Below, in pieces: positions 36,901 to 49,900 of a stretch of 64,000 nt of DNA (its first letter is position 1; every line of letters begins with the position of its first letter). Location: assembly GCF_964204645.1 (NCBI RefSeq), contig NC_134035.1, positions 9,704,451 to 9,768,450 of the forward strand, read 5' to 3'. Made by a program: the position numbers and the translations under genes. The DNA comes from Tubulanus polymorphus. Taxonomy: Eukaryota; Animalia; Nemertea. The notes beneath the pieces are model-generated. The model saw nothing but the letters and a program-made list of their open reading frames with translations. It made no database searches and was not told where the DNA came from.

Positions 36901-39900
36901 GAGTTGAGTGGTGCACGATTAGACGATTAATGGGTAAACCGCGCCGGTATGTGTCAGTCGTCGTCTATCATTCCCCCAATGACATCATCGATCGAGAAAT
37001 GGGAAGAATGCACAGGGTGGCGCCACTGGGAATCTGGGAAAACTCAGGGAATTTGACATATTTTACCAAAAACCTGGAAAGCTATGCTATTGAACGTGTG
37101 ATTCATTGAAAAATGAATGAATTGTAACATTTTAAACCTAGAAATTTCTCTGATTTCGAACCTAGAAATTCCACACCGAATTTTGTGTAATCGAACAGAA
37201 AAATCAGGGAAAACTTGTTAAAGGAATTTGTAAAAGTGGTTACTGTGATGTTTTATCGGTGGTATTTCAGGTGTTCGGCGGCATTTTTTCTTGAGGAACG
37301 AGATTTGTTGCATAAAAAGCGCAAAAAGATTCGGTTGTTGCAGCAACGTAAAGTCGGCGAATTGAAACTGGACGATTTGAAAGATCTTCCCGAGGATATA
37401 CCGATGCCACTTGTAATCGGCACCAAAGTCACAGGTGATTACTGAGCCTTGCCGCGTTTTAGTCCGAGTGTACAGTGAAATTTATCTCAGCAACGAGCAA
37501 GCCGATCGGTGCCACAAGTTTTTGTGCGGCAAACTTGCTGTGTATCTGCGCACCTGGTCTAGTGTGGCAGGGTTTCGTGCCGTGGCTGAGTCTAGCGATG
37601 CCCCCCTGCCGAGAGCGTATGTTGCTGAGCAGGGTTGATGATAAAAATGACAATTAGGGTCTTATTTTGTTAGACATTTTATGAGGAATCCGGCAATGTT
37701 TGACATGGAAGCTATTTGTAGAGCATTTCCTACATTCATTTCCGGCCCAGTTATGTACCTGTATGTGGTAAATGTTTAGAAATTAAGACTTTCTGAAAAT
37801 GTAAAAGTAATCGAAAGTATTCATTTTGTAATTGGTTTGGTTTTTACAGCGAGATTACGTAATCCACAGGATGGTCTCTTCTCCGGTACTATAGATGCGT
37901 TAGATACAGTGAATAATACATACAGGGTGACCTTCGAAAGGAATAATCTTGGAACGCATTCGATACCTGATTATGAAGTACTGGTATGTATTCAATACGC
38001 TCAGTAGGGGCCGTAGAATATCCTGAGTGTGGTTGCCCGTGAGCTTAGGCAGGGCGGCCACTGACCTGGAATGCCCAGGGCATTATTGACAACGCTTTAC
38101 TTGATTCATGAATTAAAGATGAACAGATCGTAACATTTTAAACCAAGAAATTCCTCGCATTTGCTCGGGGAATTTTGTGTCATAAAATGGAAAATCAGGG
38201 AAAACTAAATTGTTAATGGGAGGAAAGTGGCCGCCTTGTTAGAGTGCATTTCCACAGTGGATACCCCCTCTTCACTCGTCAAGGGATTCAAACCCACTAC
38301 GCTAAAGCTGTTCCCCGAACACCTTGACCTCACGAGTCATTGGAGTCGTTACTAGCCAACCAGAATCCGGTCGTACCAATCACAGCGCTTGTAACAAACG
38401 ACATTAGGCTTCTGTTGGTTTTACTGTTAAATGGACCAATCAACGAACGTTTTACCGAACAAGGGAGTATTTCGCAAATTGATATATGACGTCATGCGCA
38501 ACAGCGCCAGTAAGGAAATCACGCTTCGTGAGGCCAGGGGGCTGGTGGAAGCGAGTCCGGGAGCGATACCGGACCCCTGGCAAGCGAGGATGTAGATACC
38601 CATGAAATCATGGGATAGTTATATGATACATCATGAAACTCATATTCATCAGATTCATGAATTATTTTAAATTTCGTATCGTATTTGAATATATTTAATC
38701 GTTCTATTTTCCCTGTTTGCAGAGTAACGAACCTCAAGAAACGATGCCACTGTCGGCGTTCCAACAACGTAATCGTCCACGACAGAACTTCCTCACGCCA
38801 CCGAGATTCATACCGGGTATTAACTCACCGCAGCTGGTACGTACGGTACTCGTTCAGTCCTCAATACGACATCAGGGCCCTCAACAAGACATCGGGGTCC
38901 CTACGCTTCCTTGATTCCTTAAAAAAACTCCTAAGCTGAAAATGATTTTAAATGTGCTTGAAACTCCTTTGATTTGAGCAAAATGCGCGAAATTACTAGT
39001 ATACAGTAGACGCTATGCCTAAATCGGTAAAGTTGGAACCAGGATATATTTTTCTTTACCCAATTAGGCAGTTACCGAATTAGAAACCGAGTTTAATCGT
39101 GTAAAGGATAATAATTGCTTATAAAACCACTGAATTAATGGTTTACCGAGATAAACAGTACTGATTTAGGTGAAGTCTGCAGTATGATGTGAAAGTGATG
39201 CAGACACGTGAAATATGGCATTTTTTCCTTGAAAACTCATATCCAGGAATAACCAATTAATAGGGACCCTGAATCATCTAAATAAACGCCGCATTGAGCA
39301 CATTTTCAGAGCGGTTTATCGTTTATTTCAGTCAAACGATCCGTTATTGGGAGCTTCCCCGCTGAAAGGACAACTACTAAGCATGGAAGGCGGAACCTAC
39401 GGTGGATTCCCGATTAAATTCCTTGTACTATTAGTAAGTGCTCAAAAGCTCCTGTCACAGTATAAACTCTTATCGATAAAAATCTGAACTGAAATGACGG
39501 ATATTTTTTTTCTGTAGACTCGACTATCGAAGATTCTATCGATCAAAAAGGATCGGATCAAACATCTACGAACTCTAAACACCGACGCTGAGAAAAAAGT
39601 AAGTCGTACATGAAATGATAACTCTTGGTATAATTTGTTTAAGTCCCACTAATATCTTGCCCCAAGAGTCTGTACAAGCTCTCTTCCATACCTCGTTAGG
39701 CTCGTATGGTTAATACTGAATCATAATTGTTATATTTTCTTGTATTCAGAAATCGTTTGATTGCGACATCGACCTCGATTTCCAGAAGAAATACGCTTCG
39801 ACCGTGCTAGATCTGGAACGTTTAAACAAAGATTTAAACAATTATTTAGTCGGAGTTCAGAAGTTCTGCCATGAGGTATTTACTGCTTCGATGTTAATAC

Positions 39901-41474
39901 CGACAAACCATCCAAATATCTGATATTTTTTTAGCTCCGCTGTGACCGAAGATGGATTCTTTCCCCAGGGGGCACCCCTTAGGGTGGAGTTTCTGTTTCT
40001 TCAAATCGCTACTAGTCCTACAGTTTTAAATCGGATCAATTCCAAATTTGGTATGAATGTTCTACGGACCAATAGCTACAAAGTACAGAGCCCTTTTTGG
40101 ATTTGGCCAAAAGGGGGCACCCCTAGGTCTGCAGCTTCCATTTCTTCAAATCACACAGCGGAGCCGATAGGCTCCTTGTCTCACATTTGAATCGCGTGAC
40201 TTTCTCAAGTTATATTTAGGTTACACTATTCTCTGGTTATTACGTTTAAACTGATTATTGATGATTTTAATTGTAGCTCGCTCCGGAGCAAGGATTAGGA
40301 CCGCTAGAACAGGCAGGCGAAATTAAAAAGACTTGCGAAAACGAAGGAAATGCAACGACCGTACGAATCAATGCAGCGCAGGTCAGTTTTAATTCCTTAA
40401 ACATAAACTTCAACCTCCAGTTCTATAGTTCAGCAAGGACGTGACTACCACTAATATTTTAAATAGTTACTAAGCCTACTCTGTTAAGACCTCCACTACC
40501 AAAATTATTGAAATGCGCTCAAAATCAGGATAATTTTTAAGTCCACTTTCAAACTTCAATTTCGGACATCAAGTTGTGTTGAAAACTACTAATTTATCAA
40601 AAGATCATTAAAAGTGGTGTTTGTGTTCGTTCCAGGGGAAACGCTGCGTAAAGAATGAACGCTCTTTGTCGCTTGTGTCGCAACTCACTTCTCTGATGTT
40701 ACAAATAAAGGTTTGTTCAAATATAATGTCACTTAATGTCATCTTAATGTCATCGAAACCTGCCTTACTTAGTCTTACTGTAAACTGATAGTCAGTTTAC
40801 AGTTCTGACAAATTCTAATTTGTTGCTCGAACTTTGTTAGAGATATGAATTATATATATCATATCGCTTGAATTAGAATATCTTATTGTTTCAGAATTTT
40901 GCCGAGAACGATATGAATTCGTTTGAGTTCAAATCTCTTCAGGAAGCTCTACTGGAAATTAAGAATTCGTTGGACAGATCGAATATCAGGTATCTATCTA
41001 TCTACTGGAATGGTTGCGCTCCTAAAAGCAATTGAAACTCCTCTTAAACAATACAGGGTCCCTACGACTCTCTGAACTGTTTCAGAATGGAAAATGCTTT
41101 AAAGGTGCTTGAAACTCAATTTTGAGAAATAGGCAATTACAATTACATCAATTTTATTATTTTGATCTATAAACAGTACTGATTCAGGAGTCAGTAATAG
41201 GAATATGAAAGTGATGCAGACACTTCCTCAAAATTTGAAATGCTTAAAACTCTATATCCAGGAATGACTGATCAGTAGGGACCCTGTAGTAGTCATAGTT
41301 GGGTCTTAAATAAAAATCATATCAAGACATGTATATCATTGCGAAATGTTGTTTTTGTTTTTCAGCGTATTTCAGAACAACGTCGAAGTGCATGTGAATC
41401 ACATACAAAGTGGTCTAACTCAACTGGGAAATCTACACGCGTTCTCGGAACCTGCTCCATACTCGCTGTTATAA
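33916..41474 (+). CDS. LIN9: Protein lin-9 homolog (MuvB/DREAM subunit; DIRP and Tudor-like domains), ~16 coding exons
   Basis: MADDSALE; AEALVSLK; SRNRKRNRLF; RLRNLLKLPKAHKWACYESFYSNLD; FEGENDFCICLKETFP.LKT.KLRRVEWCTIRRLMGKPRRCSAAFFLEER; LVIGTKVTARLRNPQDGLFSG.IDA; GGFPIKFL; RLSKIL.IKK; FQKKYA..VLDLE.LNKDL; FQNNVEVHVNHIQSGL.QLGNLHAF; stop at 41472-41474. Confidence 0.95.
39926..40179 (+). mobile_element. Helentron-associated non-autonomous element (HINE/DINE-1-like)
   Basis: 5' T-run + AGCTCCGCTGTG; subterminal inverted copy CACAGCGGAGC (40154-40164) overlapping a 3' hairpin GGAGCC-GATA-GGCTCC, then TTGT. Confidence 0.7.
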
Positions 41475-43927
41475 TGAATTCATTCGTGTTAAGAGATGAT
41501 GTGCCAACTGATTTAAATATGTATCGTATTATCAACATTTTATGCCGCGAAAACAGCGAAGATTGTCCTTTGAAATAAGATAATATCTCTTTAAAGAGGT
41601 AGATTAGGGATCATTCTTTTATTACGTACGCATGAAATATGAATTTTCCCTCCCCTCTGTACGCAAAATCGGCCATTTTTCATATACATTAAGCATTACA
41701 GTACGCAATTACACTGACCCCTCCATCTCCCCTAATGCGTACGGAATAAATGAATGACCCCTAACACCGTGGTTCATTCTAAGAGAAATGTTAAAGAGTG
41801 CTGAGCTATTAAAAGCTGCTTTCTCGAATCTGAACCACCTCAAAGATTTTATACTTTATCACCATTGTTTCTCCAAAGTTTGGTCGTCCGGACTTCGCCT
41901 GTGTTCAGGACTTCAGCCGAGACATTTTTAATTCGAATTCGAACTGTAACAAATGGACTTATTTTTTCATTTACCCTTGTTAAGACTTTACAGTAAAATT
42001 CTGGGGTCAGTTGCTCAAAAGTTGGTTAAAGATAACCGGTGGATAACTACCATAGTTACAATGAAGTTTTAATTGTCTTTGTGTCACCTATCCACCGGTT
42101 AACTCTAAACAACTTATGAGCAATTGACCCCCGAGTGTCTGAAGGGTTAGTTAAGTTCAGGGCTGACAGTGTTGAACAAGCGCCGAGTACACGGAATATG
42201 TGTTCACGTGTTCTTCTGACTCTTTGTTTGAACCGTTCAACTCTTATACAACTCAAGTCATAAATTCAAAAACGATTCCACTTAAGCTTCTGCAATAATG
42301 AGCAGAATCAACTGTACTAAGATTTTTAGAAGTACAGTGGAACCTCGTTTGGATATAAGAACTATAGAATTTCATCCCAAGTAAGACAATTTGATTAATT
42401 TTATACTGGATATAATGAACTCAAGAGTTAGAACGAACATATTTTCTGGTCCCGTGAAGTTCGCTGTAACAAGTTTCCACTAAAGTACCAGCGAGGAAGG
42501 GGTTTTTTTGATCGACAAATTTTCCCAACTTCTTCGGTAACTCACGATTTGTAAAATGAATTTTGTTTAATTTTGATTTGGTTTAATGTTGATTTGATTT
42601 AGTTGCTAACTCAAGTTTTCATATTAATTACTTTCTTTATGTACATGAGCATATGTATGTATTTTGATACAGTAGAACCCGCTTAATTCGGATCTTTTGG
42701 GACCAACCAAATTCATACGGTGTATGGGAAATCCGGATTAAGTTGTTTTCTTGTATATTATTGAAAAAATGAACTGCAAATATCATCCGGATTAGACCAA
42801 AATCCGGATCAAGCGGGTTTGACTGTATCTCAGAAATTTATCTATACTACAAATATTGAAATGAAATGCAGCAGCTAGGTATTAGTAGATTTTAATGAAT
42901 TGGCAAATGCTGTAGAATATGTAAGATATAAATTATGCATTTTAAACTATGTAAATATATATATGAAAAGAAAAAAACATTTGATGCTGTAAATAAAATG
43001 ATATATCAAAATGATATGGAGAGAGTTTACGATTGTTTATTGGAGATAGTAATCCTGAAATCAGCCGCGGGCTTTGTCCTCTTTTAAATACCTAAGTCAT
43101 AACAGCATAGAAATTGAACGGTTCTTCCTGGACGGAATGGAATGGGATCATTTATTACGTACGCATAAAATTTGAATCTTTCAATCTACCCCCTCCCCCC
43201 CCATAAGCAAAATCGGCCATTTTTTCATTATACATTAAGCATTACAGTACGCAATTGCACTTACCCTCCCCCTCCCCTAATGCGTACAAAATAAATGAAT
43301 GATCCCAATGACTGACTTTCAGAGATGAACGCAGATCTCATGGTTTCTAGCAACTCTACTTGGCGCTTCTTAAATCAGCAAATGGAATATCAATGAACGA
43401 TCAACTATTCATCAACTTACGAAAACTTTGTTTATTAAACTTTGTAAATCTCTGAATCAAATGTATTCAACAACAGCAACGATGATTAAAACTGGTGAAA
43501 ACAGTTTAAACAAACAGAAGATAACAGGAGGCGGCTCCAAGAATTTGAGAACGGGTTGGCGCTAATAGAATTATGACAACTCGTTCTGGTGCACTCTGAG
43601 CACTTTATTTGCTAGGAATCAAAGGATTATCATGACAAATTATTTCATCAAACTTTTGAACAATGTATCTTCAAATTAACGTGATATCGACAATATTTTC
43701 TTGAAACGTTTAGTCAGCTGAAAGAAAAGGGGGATCCGCCACTAGTTATTTCAGAAACGAATGAATAAGTATTGCACATCTATGTTACGGTACTTAATTG
43801 CACTTGAGTTGAAAACTTAACAGAAATTTCCGCGCAAAACCGGTTTTTACGCATGAAATTAAACATAATTAACTAAAGAGAAAATACGATTTTGTGTGTG
43901 TTTTAAGCGTCGCGTTTATCTGATGAT

Positions 43928-46900
43928 TTACACCATAATTGCGTCTGTAGCTTGACTTGCTTTCCTTCGTTTTTTATACGGACGCGCGATTTTATCTTCG
44001 AAATCTTGGCTCTGCGATCTGTTGAACATTTCCTATCAATGAAAACATAACATTTTCAACATCGAATGTCTGTGGATAAAACGTACGCTTCTGCGTTCTA
44101 TACCGGAACTTTAGAGCGGCTGCATTCATTATTTTATGTATAACATTTTTGCACACCTAACGCAAAACTTTTCGAGGCTTTTCAGAGGGGTTTACCGGCG
44201 TGACAGACATTCCTGGATATACCGGTAAGGAGTTTTAATGGAGAAAATTTCAAACTTCCAGGAGTTTCTGTATCTCTTTTATATCCGAATTACTGTAAAC
44301 TCCTAAATCAGTACTGTTAGTAAACCATTAAACCTAATTGGGTAAAAATAAACTCGGTCCCGATTTCAGGGTAGTTGTAGTCGTCAACTACAATCTAGAC
44401 CATTTCTAATTGCCTATTACTCAAGTTTTCAAGGATTTTTGAGCATTTCGCTCAGATCGAAGCTGTTTCAAGCACAGGGATAAAAACGGCCGATGTTGAA
44501 AAAGTAGGAAAATATTCCGAATCAGAGTCGCTTTTCGAATGAGACGCCATATTGGTTTCTCCGACTCCACAATTGTGCTAACTACTGCCAAAAACTGTCT
44601 TAAGGAGCACTCCTAACTACGGAGCGCTCCGATGTGACGTGCGTGATTGAGGCGTTTAAAGCGATTTACACTGATCACAGGAATGAATGAAATAAAATAG
44701 AAAGTCGGAAATCCGTCTATGGTCGGAAGATTTTCATCCCTGCAAGCACCTTAAAAGCATTTTTCCGTTTTAAAGGAGTTCTTAAAGAATCAAGAAGTCA
44801 TGAGGACGCTGTGTTAGACCTGTTCAGAAAATAGCAGCTCCACGCGAGATAGTGTAATTACCTGATTCACATGAGCGAGAATACGCTTTCCTTTTTTCCT
44901 TTTCACCGGTAATTCAGGTGGAGTCGGCAATGATGAGATGTACTGTTTAGTTTTCAAAGTGGCGTCGACTTTTTGCGACATCAACGCGTTTAAAACATCT
45001 TTGTGGTGTTTACTCCCTTGAACTGATCGCTCGGGCTGAAAAAAGGGGCAAATATTGTATACGTAATAAAGATCAAATATTTACCCTGCTATCGAAGAAC
45101 GCCAGTTGGGCAGTGGCGGATTTAGGGTTGGTATCTCATATGCCTCGTATTAAGAAATCCAAAATTTAGAAAGACAGAAAATTTCAAATGAATTAGTAAC
45201 TTTGAAAAAACTTCTCAAATGTCTTATCACGCAAAATTTCCTGAGGGTGTGCCTCAAACAATTGTTTCCTTGGGGTCCTGAATGGTGTTTCAAATATTCA
45301 GTCGTACGCATTGAGTATTGTCTTGGATCCTAGATCCGCCCCGGCCTGATGGGACTCAATTCCAATGTCGAGATTTTAAGATCTGGCTTGAGTGTAAAAC
45401 AATTGTATATGAATTATTCTTAACTCATCTAGTCAAACCTAACTGAATCGAGTCCTACAGGTAAATGATAACTTCGTTCCAGACACTGATAATGTTTCGT
45501 TGTTAGGGAAACATAGCATTTTCCTAGAATCAATTAATTTTAGATATTCAATAAATCATGGCCACATTCTGAAGTAAGCACTTAAGAGGTCATTCATTTC
45601 CACACACAAGGAGAGGGGTTTAGAGCAATTGCGTACTATAACTCTTGAAGTATAGGAAAGAATGGCTGATTTCACGTAAGGGGGGAGGGACGGTAAAGCA
45701 GTTCTAATTTTATGCCTACGAATGATCCTTTATCAGATGATTACCCGGTAAAAGTATTTGATTAATCAGTAATTCGACGTAAGTGCTACCTTTTCAGGAT
45801 AGTTGATGTTCATTTGTTGCTGATCATCTGTACGTTTTTGTACTTTTTCTTTGTTTTTCTTGCCCGTCAATTTCGAACGCGATATCTTCAAACTTTCCGT
45901 ACGAGCAGAAAGTTTCTCCATCTGAAATAGTAATAATACAGATATAGATGGATAAACATATTCCATTGAACTCACAGGTGCGTTGGAAGCAATGTTTGAT
46001 CGAATAACTCCAATTTTGTCAAAAACATGGTCTGACCTGGGAGTCAACTGATCTGATTTGAGGGGATGATGTATTTACCTGATCCCCTTGTCCAATCTCA
46101 ACAGCAGACACAGGTTCTAAAACTGGTTCTCGTTCTACAACCGGTTCGACGAATTCAGTCTTCACATCTTCTTGTCGCTAAACAATTCAAAATCAATACA
46201 TTCTTATATCAATTTCCTTTAAATCAAAGATTAATATAGAAAAATAGAAGCAAAAAGTATGAAAAACCTTGTTTATCTCCATTCCTTGGTCAGGCAATGA
46301 CAATGTTTTGTGAATGTCTCTATTGAAATAAATCTTCATGTTCTCCACTAGTTTATCTTTCTGCACAAGTTTGCCTTGTCTTTAAGAGAAGATGAAAAGA
46401 AAACATAATTATTGAGACATAAGATTGAAGCTTTTTATACGGGATTTAATACCAAGAGGACGAATGAAACCGACAATCAAAGAAAAAACTGTAAAAGGAT
46501 TACGACACAAATTGTATGTGAGTTGTAAAAAAAAAGATTTTGAAATTGGCTCATGATATTGAAAATAGTTTTTCATTATAGTTGAAACATCAAAATCCAT
46601 GCATAGTTTTCTTATGAATCCAATCAAGAGAAGAGTTGAGTTGTTGTTGAACGTGGACAGTAAGATATCCTTATCACTTTCTACCTTTTGGTTTTAGAGG
46701 CATTTTTCAGACAGCCCTCTTTCTCGAGTCGCATGATCAACCCCTGGGCCACGGCTACCTGAACGCCGAGTCTCTTGGCTAATTTCGGCGCGACCACGCG
46801 ACAACCTTCGGTACAGGCAAACAGCGCTCTACGCCACAAGCATGTCGCCTAAAAATGATATTTAAGAAATAAAACCTAGCATTAAGAGAACAATTAGCTA

Positions 46901-49900
46901 ACAAACATTGTGGGGGGGGGGCAAGACCCCTTTAATGTGTATAAGTAACCTACAGGCCTATCTGCCCTACAGTAATTGAATTCGAATGAAGTGTTTTGTT
47001 CTCACCTGAACTGACAGCGGTGAGAGAGGACACAAATAAGGATCTGTAACCAAAGATCTGTCGGACAAATTCTGTAAAATATCAAATAAAACACTGTAAA
47101 GTTTTAATCAATTTTAGAGAGATTTTAGTAAACGTTCTCATGGATGAATTTACCTGAGCGCACAGATCACAATAGTGAGCAGACGGAGCCTGTGTTTCAT
47201 CTAATATCTTAAAACAAACTCCGTGTTGCCATAAATTACACTTGGCGCAAAGAATCATCAACCCATCATCCTGAAAAAAAAAAAAACTCCGAGGGTTTTC
47301 AAGGGATTCTTCGATAAGTATCAAATGGATGAGTTTGCGTTAAAATCAGTCCACTTCGATAAAATCTTAAATCAGAACTCAGGAACCAGGTCCAGTTGTC
47401 TTGAACAGTTTAATCGTAATGAAACTTATCACGATATGTGTATCATATATACCTCGTTATATCCACACGGACAGCGAACACCCGTATTCTGGGTATAATC
47501 TTCATCCATATTTTCCGTATTCGATTGTTGGGTTTCCGTTAAAACTTGACTTTCTGGAAAGAATAAAACGCAGCAAAAGAGACGATGAAATTATGAAACA
47601 ATTATTCGTTGTGTTCTATCCTGAATAAATGTCATACGCAATATCAGATAATATCACGATGATATATTCATTGAACCAGACTATACCTTTGTGTCTCCCT
47701 TTTAAAGTAGTTTTCAGCACAGATAGCAGTAATTAGACATCAAAAATAGAGTTTGAAAATTGAATGAATTCTAATTCATTTTCGATCAGCGTTTTTATTT
47801 AAAACTTAAAGGAATTGACGGATGGGCACCACCAGGAGTGGAGCCTGTGGCTTAATTTGAATCAACAAGGGAAACTCATTTGGCCCGCTAAGATTTTTGT
47901 TGTAATCGAGCTCTCGAAAGTACCAACTATTCTCAAATAGCGGTAATTTGCTCTGAATCATATGTTCTGGACTAATTTCTCAAATTCAATCCATGAGTTA
48001 TTTTTTGACGTGTTCGCTGTGAACTCCTGGACCCAGTTCCACAGTTCTGAGTTAAATTTGACTCCATAGACTCATTGAAAATCAACTAACTTTAACTCAG
48101 AGTTAACTTAAACTCACAACTGTGGAACCGGGCCCTGAATTACAACTCACCATAGTTCATCGGATCGATGTTCTCTTTTTGTTGAGAGGATTTGTTACTG
48201 AATTGTAAAATGACATCGTTAGGATCCTCATTCTCGTCGGCAAACTCATACGCATCAGGAGCGGTAGTAGGAGCCGCAGGAGCAGCTGGAACTTCAGGAG
48301 CCACAAAAGCAGCAGCGGTTGCAGGAGTAGCAGTGGAAGCTTTAGGGGAATGTTCCTCCTAGATAAACAGTGACACACAATACAGATCAACAACAAATAC
48401 AAAATACAGTTACAACTTTTTTCACTGATGCAATCAAAGAGATATTCGTCTTTTAAACGCTACATGATTGATTGAAGAAAGGAGCCAAGTTTCAGAGTTG
48501 GGAGCAAAATCTGTCTGATTACAAAATCCGCCCACTTCCAAATTTTCTGGGTTTTCCCTGTTCCCCCAGAATTGTGGTCAGTGCACCCAGTTGAAAATCG
48601 TGTAATTTATGATTACCATTTTTTCGGGAGAAACATTCGCAGGTTGTTCATCCATTTTAGTATCGTCATCATTTTCTTCATCGAACTGTTTCGCATCAGT
48701 TTTAATTCTTAATTTCACTCTGAGAAATTTTCATAAGATCAATATAAGATCATTTTGAATTCTCCAATTACACAGAAACGATATTGTAGTATTCAGCAGT
48801 TTAGGAAAGTTTTGTGAGAAACGATAAAAAATCATGATTAAAAACTTACGTGTGAAACGGCTGAAATAGCAAGATATAGAGATAAATCATATAATATAAT
48901 ATATCATAGGAAATATAGTGATATTAAATTATGTAATGTAATATAGTAGAATTAATAGGTATATAGGTAACCAAAATATCTTAAAGAATAGAAAAAATAT
49001 ATATGTACTTTTCATTCTTTTTATGTAGCAGTTTTAATACTATAAGATTAACTTCATTGGTGGAAAATTGCCCTTTTCTGGGTCTGTTAACAAACTGGAT
49101 AATCGTTAAGTACCGGTAAATAGAGCGTTTGATACAAGTCACTGGTCACACCACCACAGCTGACTATTCATGACAAATAGTTTCATACTTAAAGTACATA
49201 TCGAAATGGTCATAATTCATAGTTATGAACTTACAGTGGCGACATCACCGATATTAATATTGACGGGTTCATCTTCAAATGTGAAAGTGTCGCATTCAGC
49301 CGCTTTAAAACCGGGAGGTTCATAATCTTCGGGTGTTACTGTCGAATTAGAAAAAACTACGTTATTACCACACATATACACACCAGACTATCTGATATCT
49401 CTAATTGTAGTAGTTTTCCCCAAAAAACAAAAACCAGTGTAGTTCAATCGAAAATGAACTAGAAATTATTACGATTTTTGTGTAAATTGTAGTTGAGGTA
49501 TTAAAAAGTGCATAAAAACTTTCAAAAGTCGTCACCAAAATTCCCCTCTTTTTTCATCTGCTACACAAAAATGGTTAGTGGGATTCGAGCCCGAGGATAA
49601 ACTCTGGATAAACTAGATATCAATGACGTCAAAAGTGTGGTGTGTTTACAACAAAATAACACGAACTTGTAATACATGAAAATCTACTGGAAATGAGCTA
49701 TTTTCTGTATCATGATAAACGTAGTTTTTCCCATGCATTTTCTGAGAAGCAATAATAGACACTACATGAAATTCCTGAGTACCTTCATCGTAATATAATA
49801 ATTTCATAGTCATGATGACATCATCAGGCAGAGATTGAAGAGAATTTGTCAGGATGATGATAGTACGCAATAATCTAATTGTAGCTTTCTTCGTTTCAGC

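Noticed and set aside
47802-47887. Functional rRNA gene
   Set aside because: Only 86 bp, mutated at invariant positions, with no flanking rDNA.
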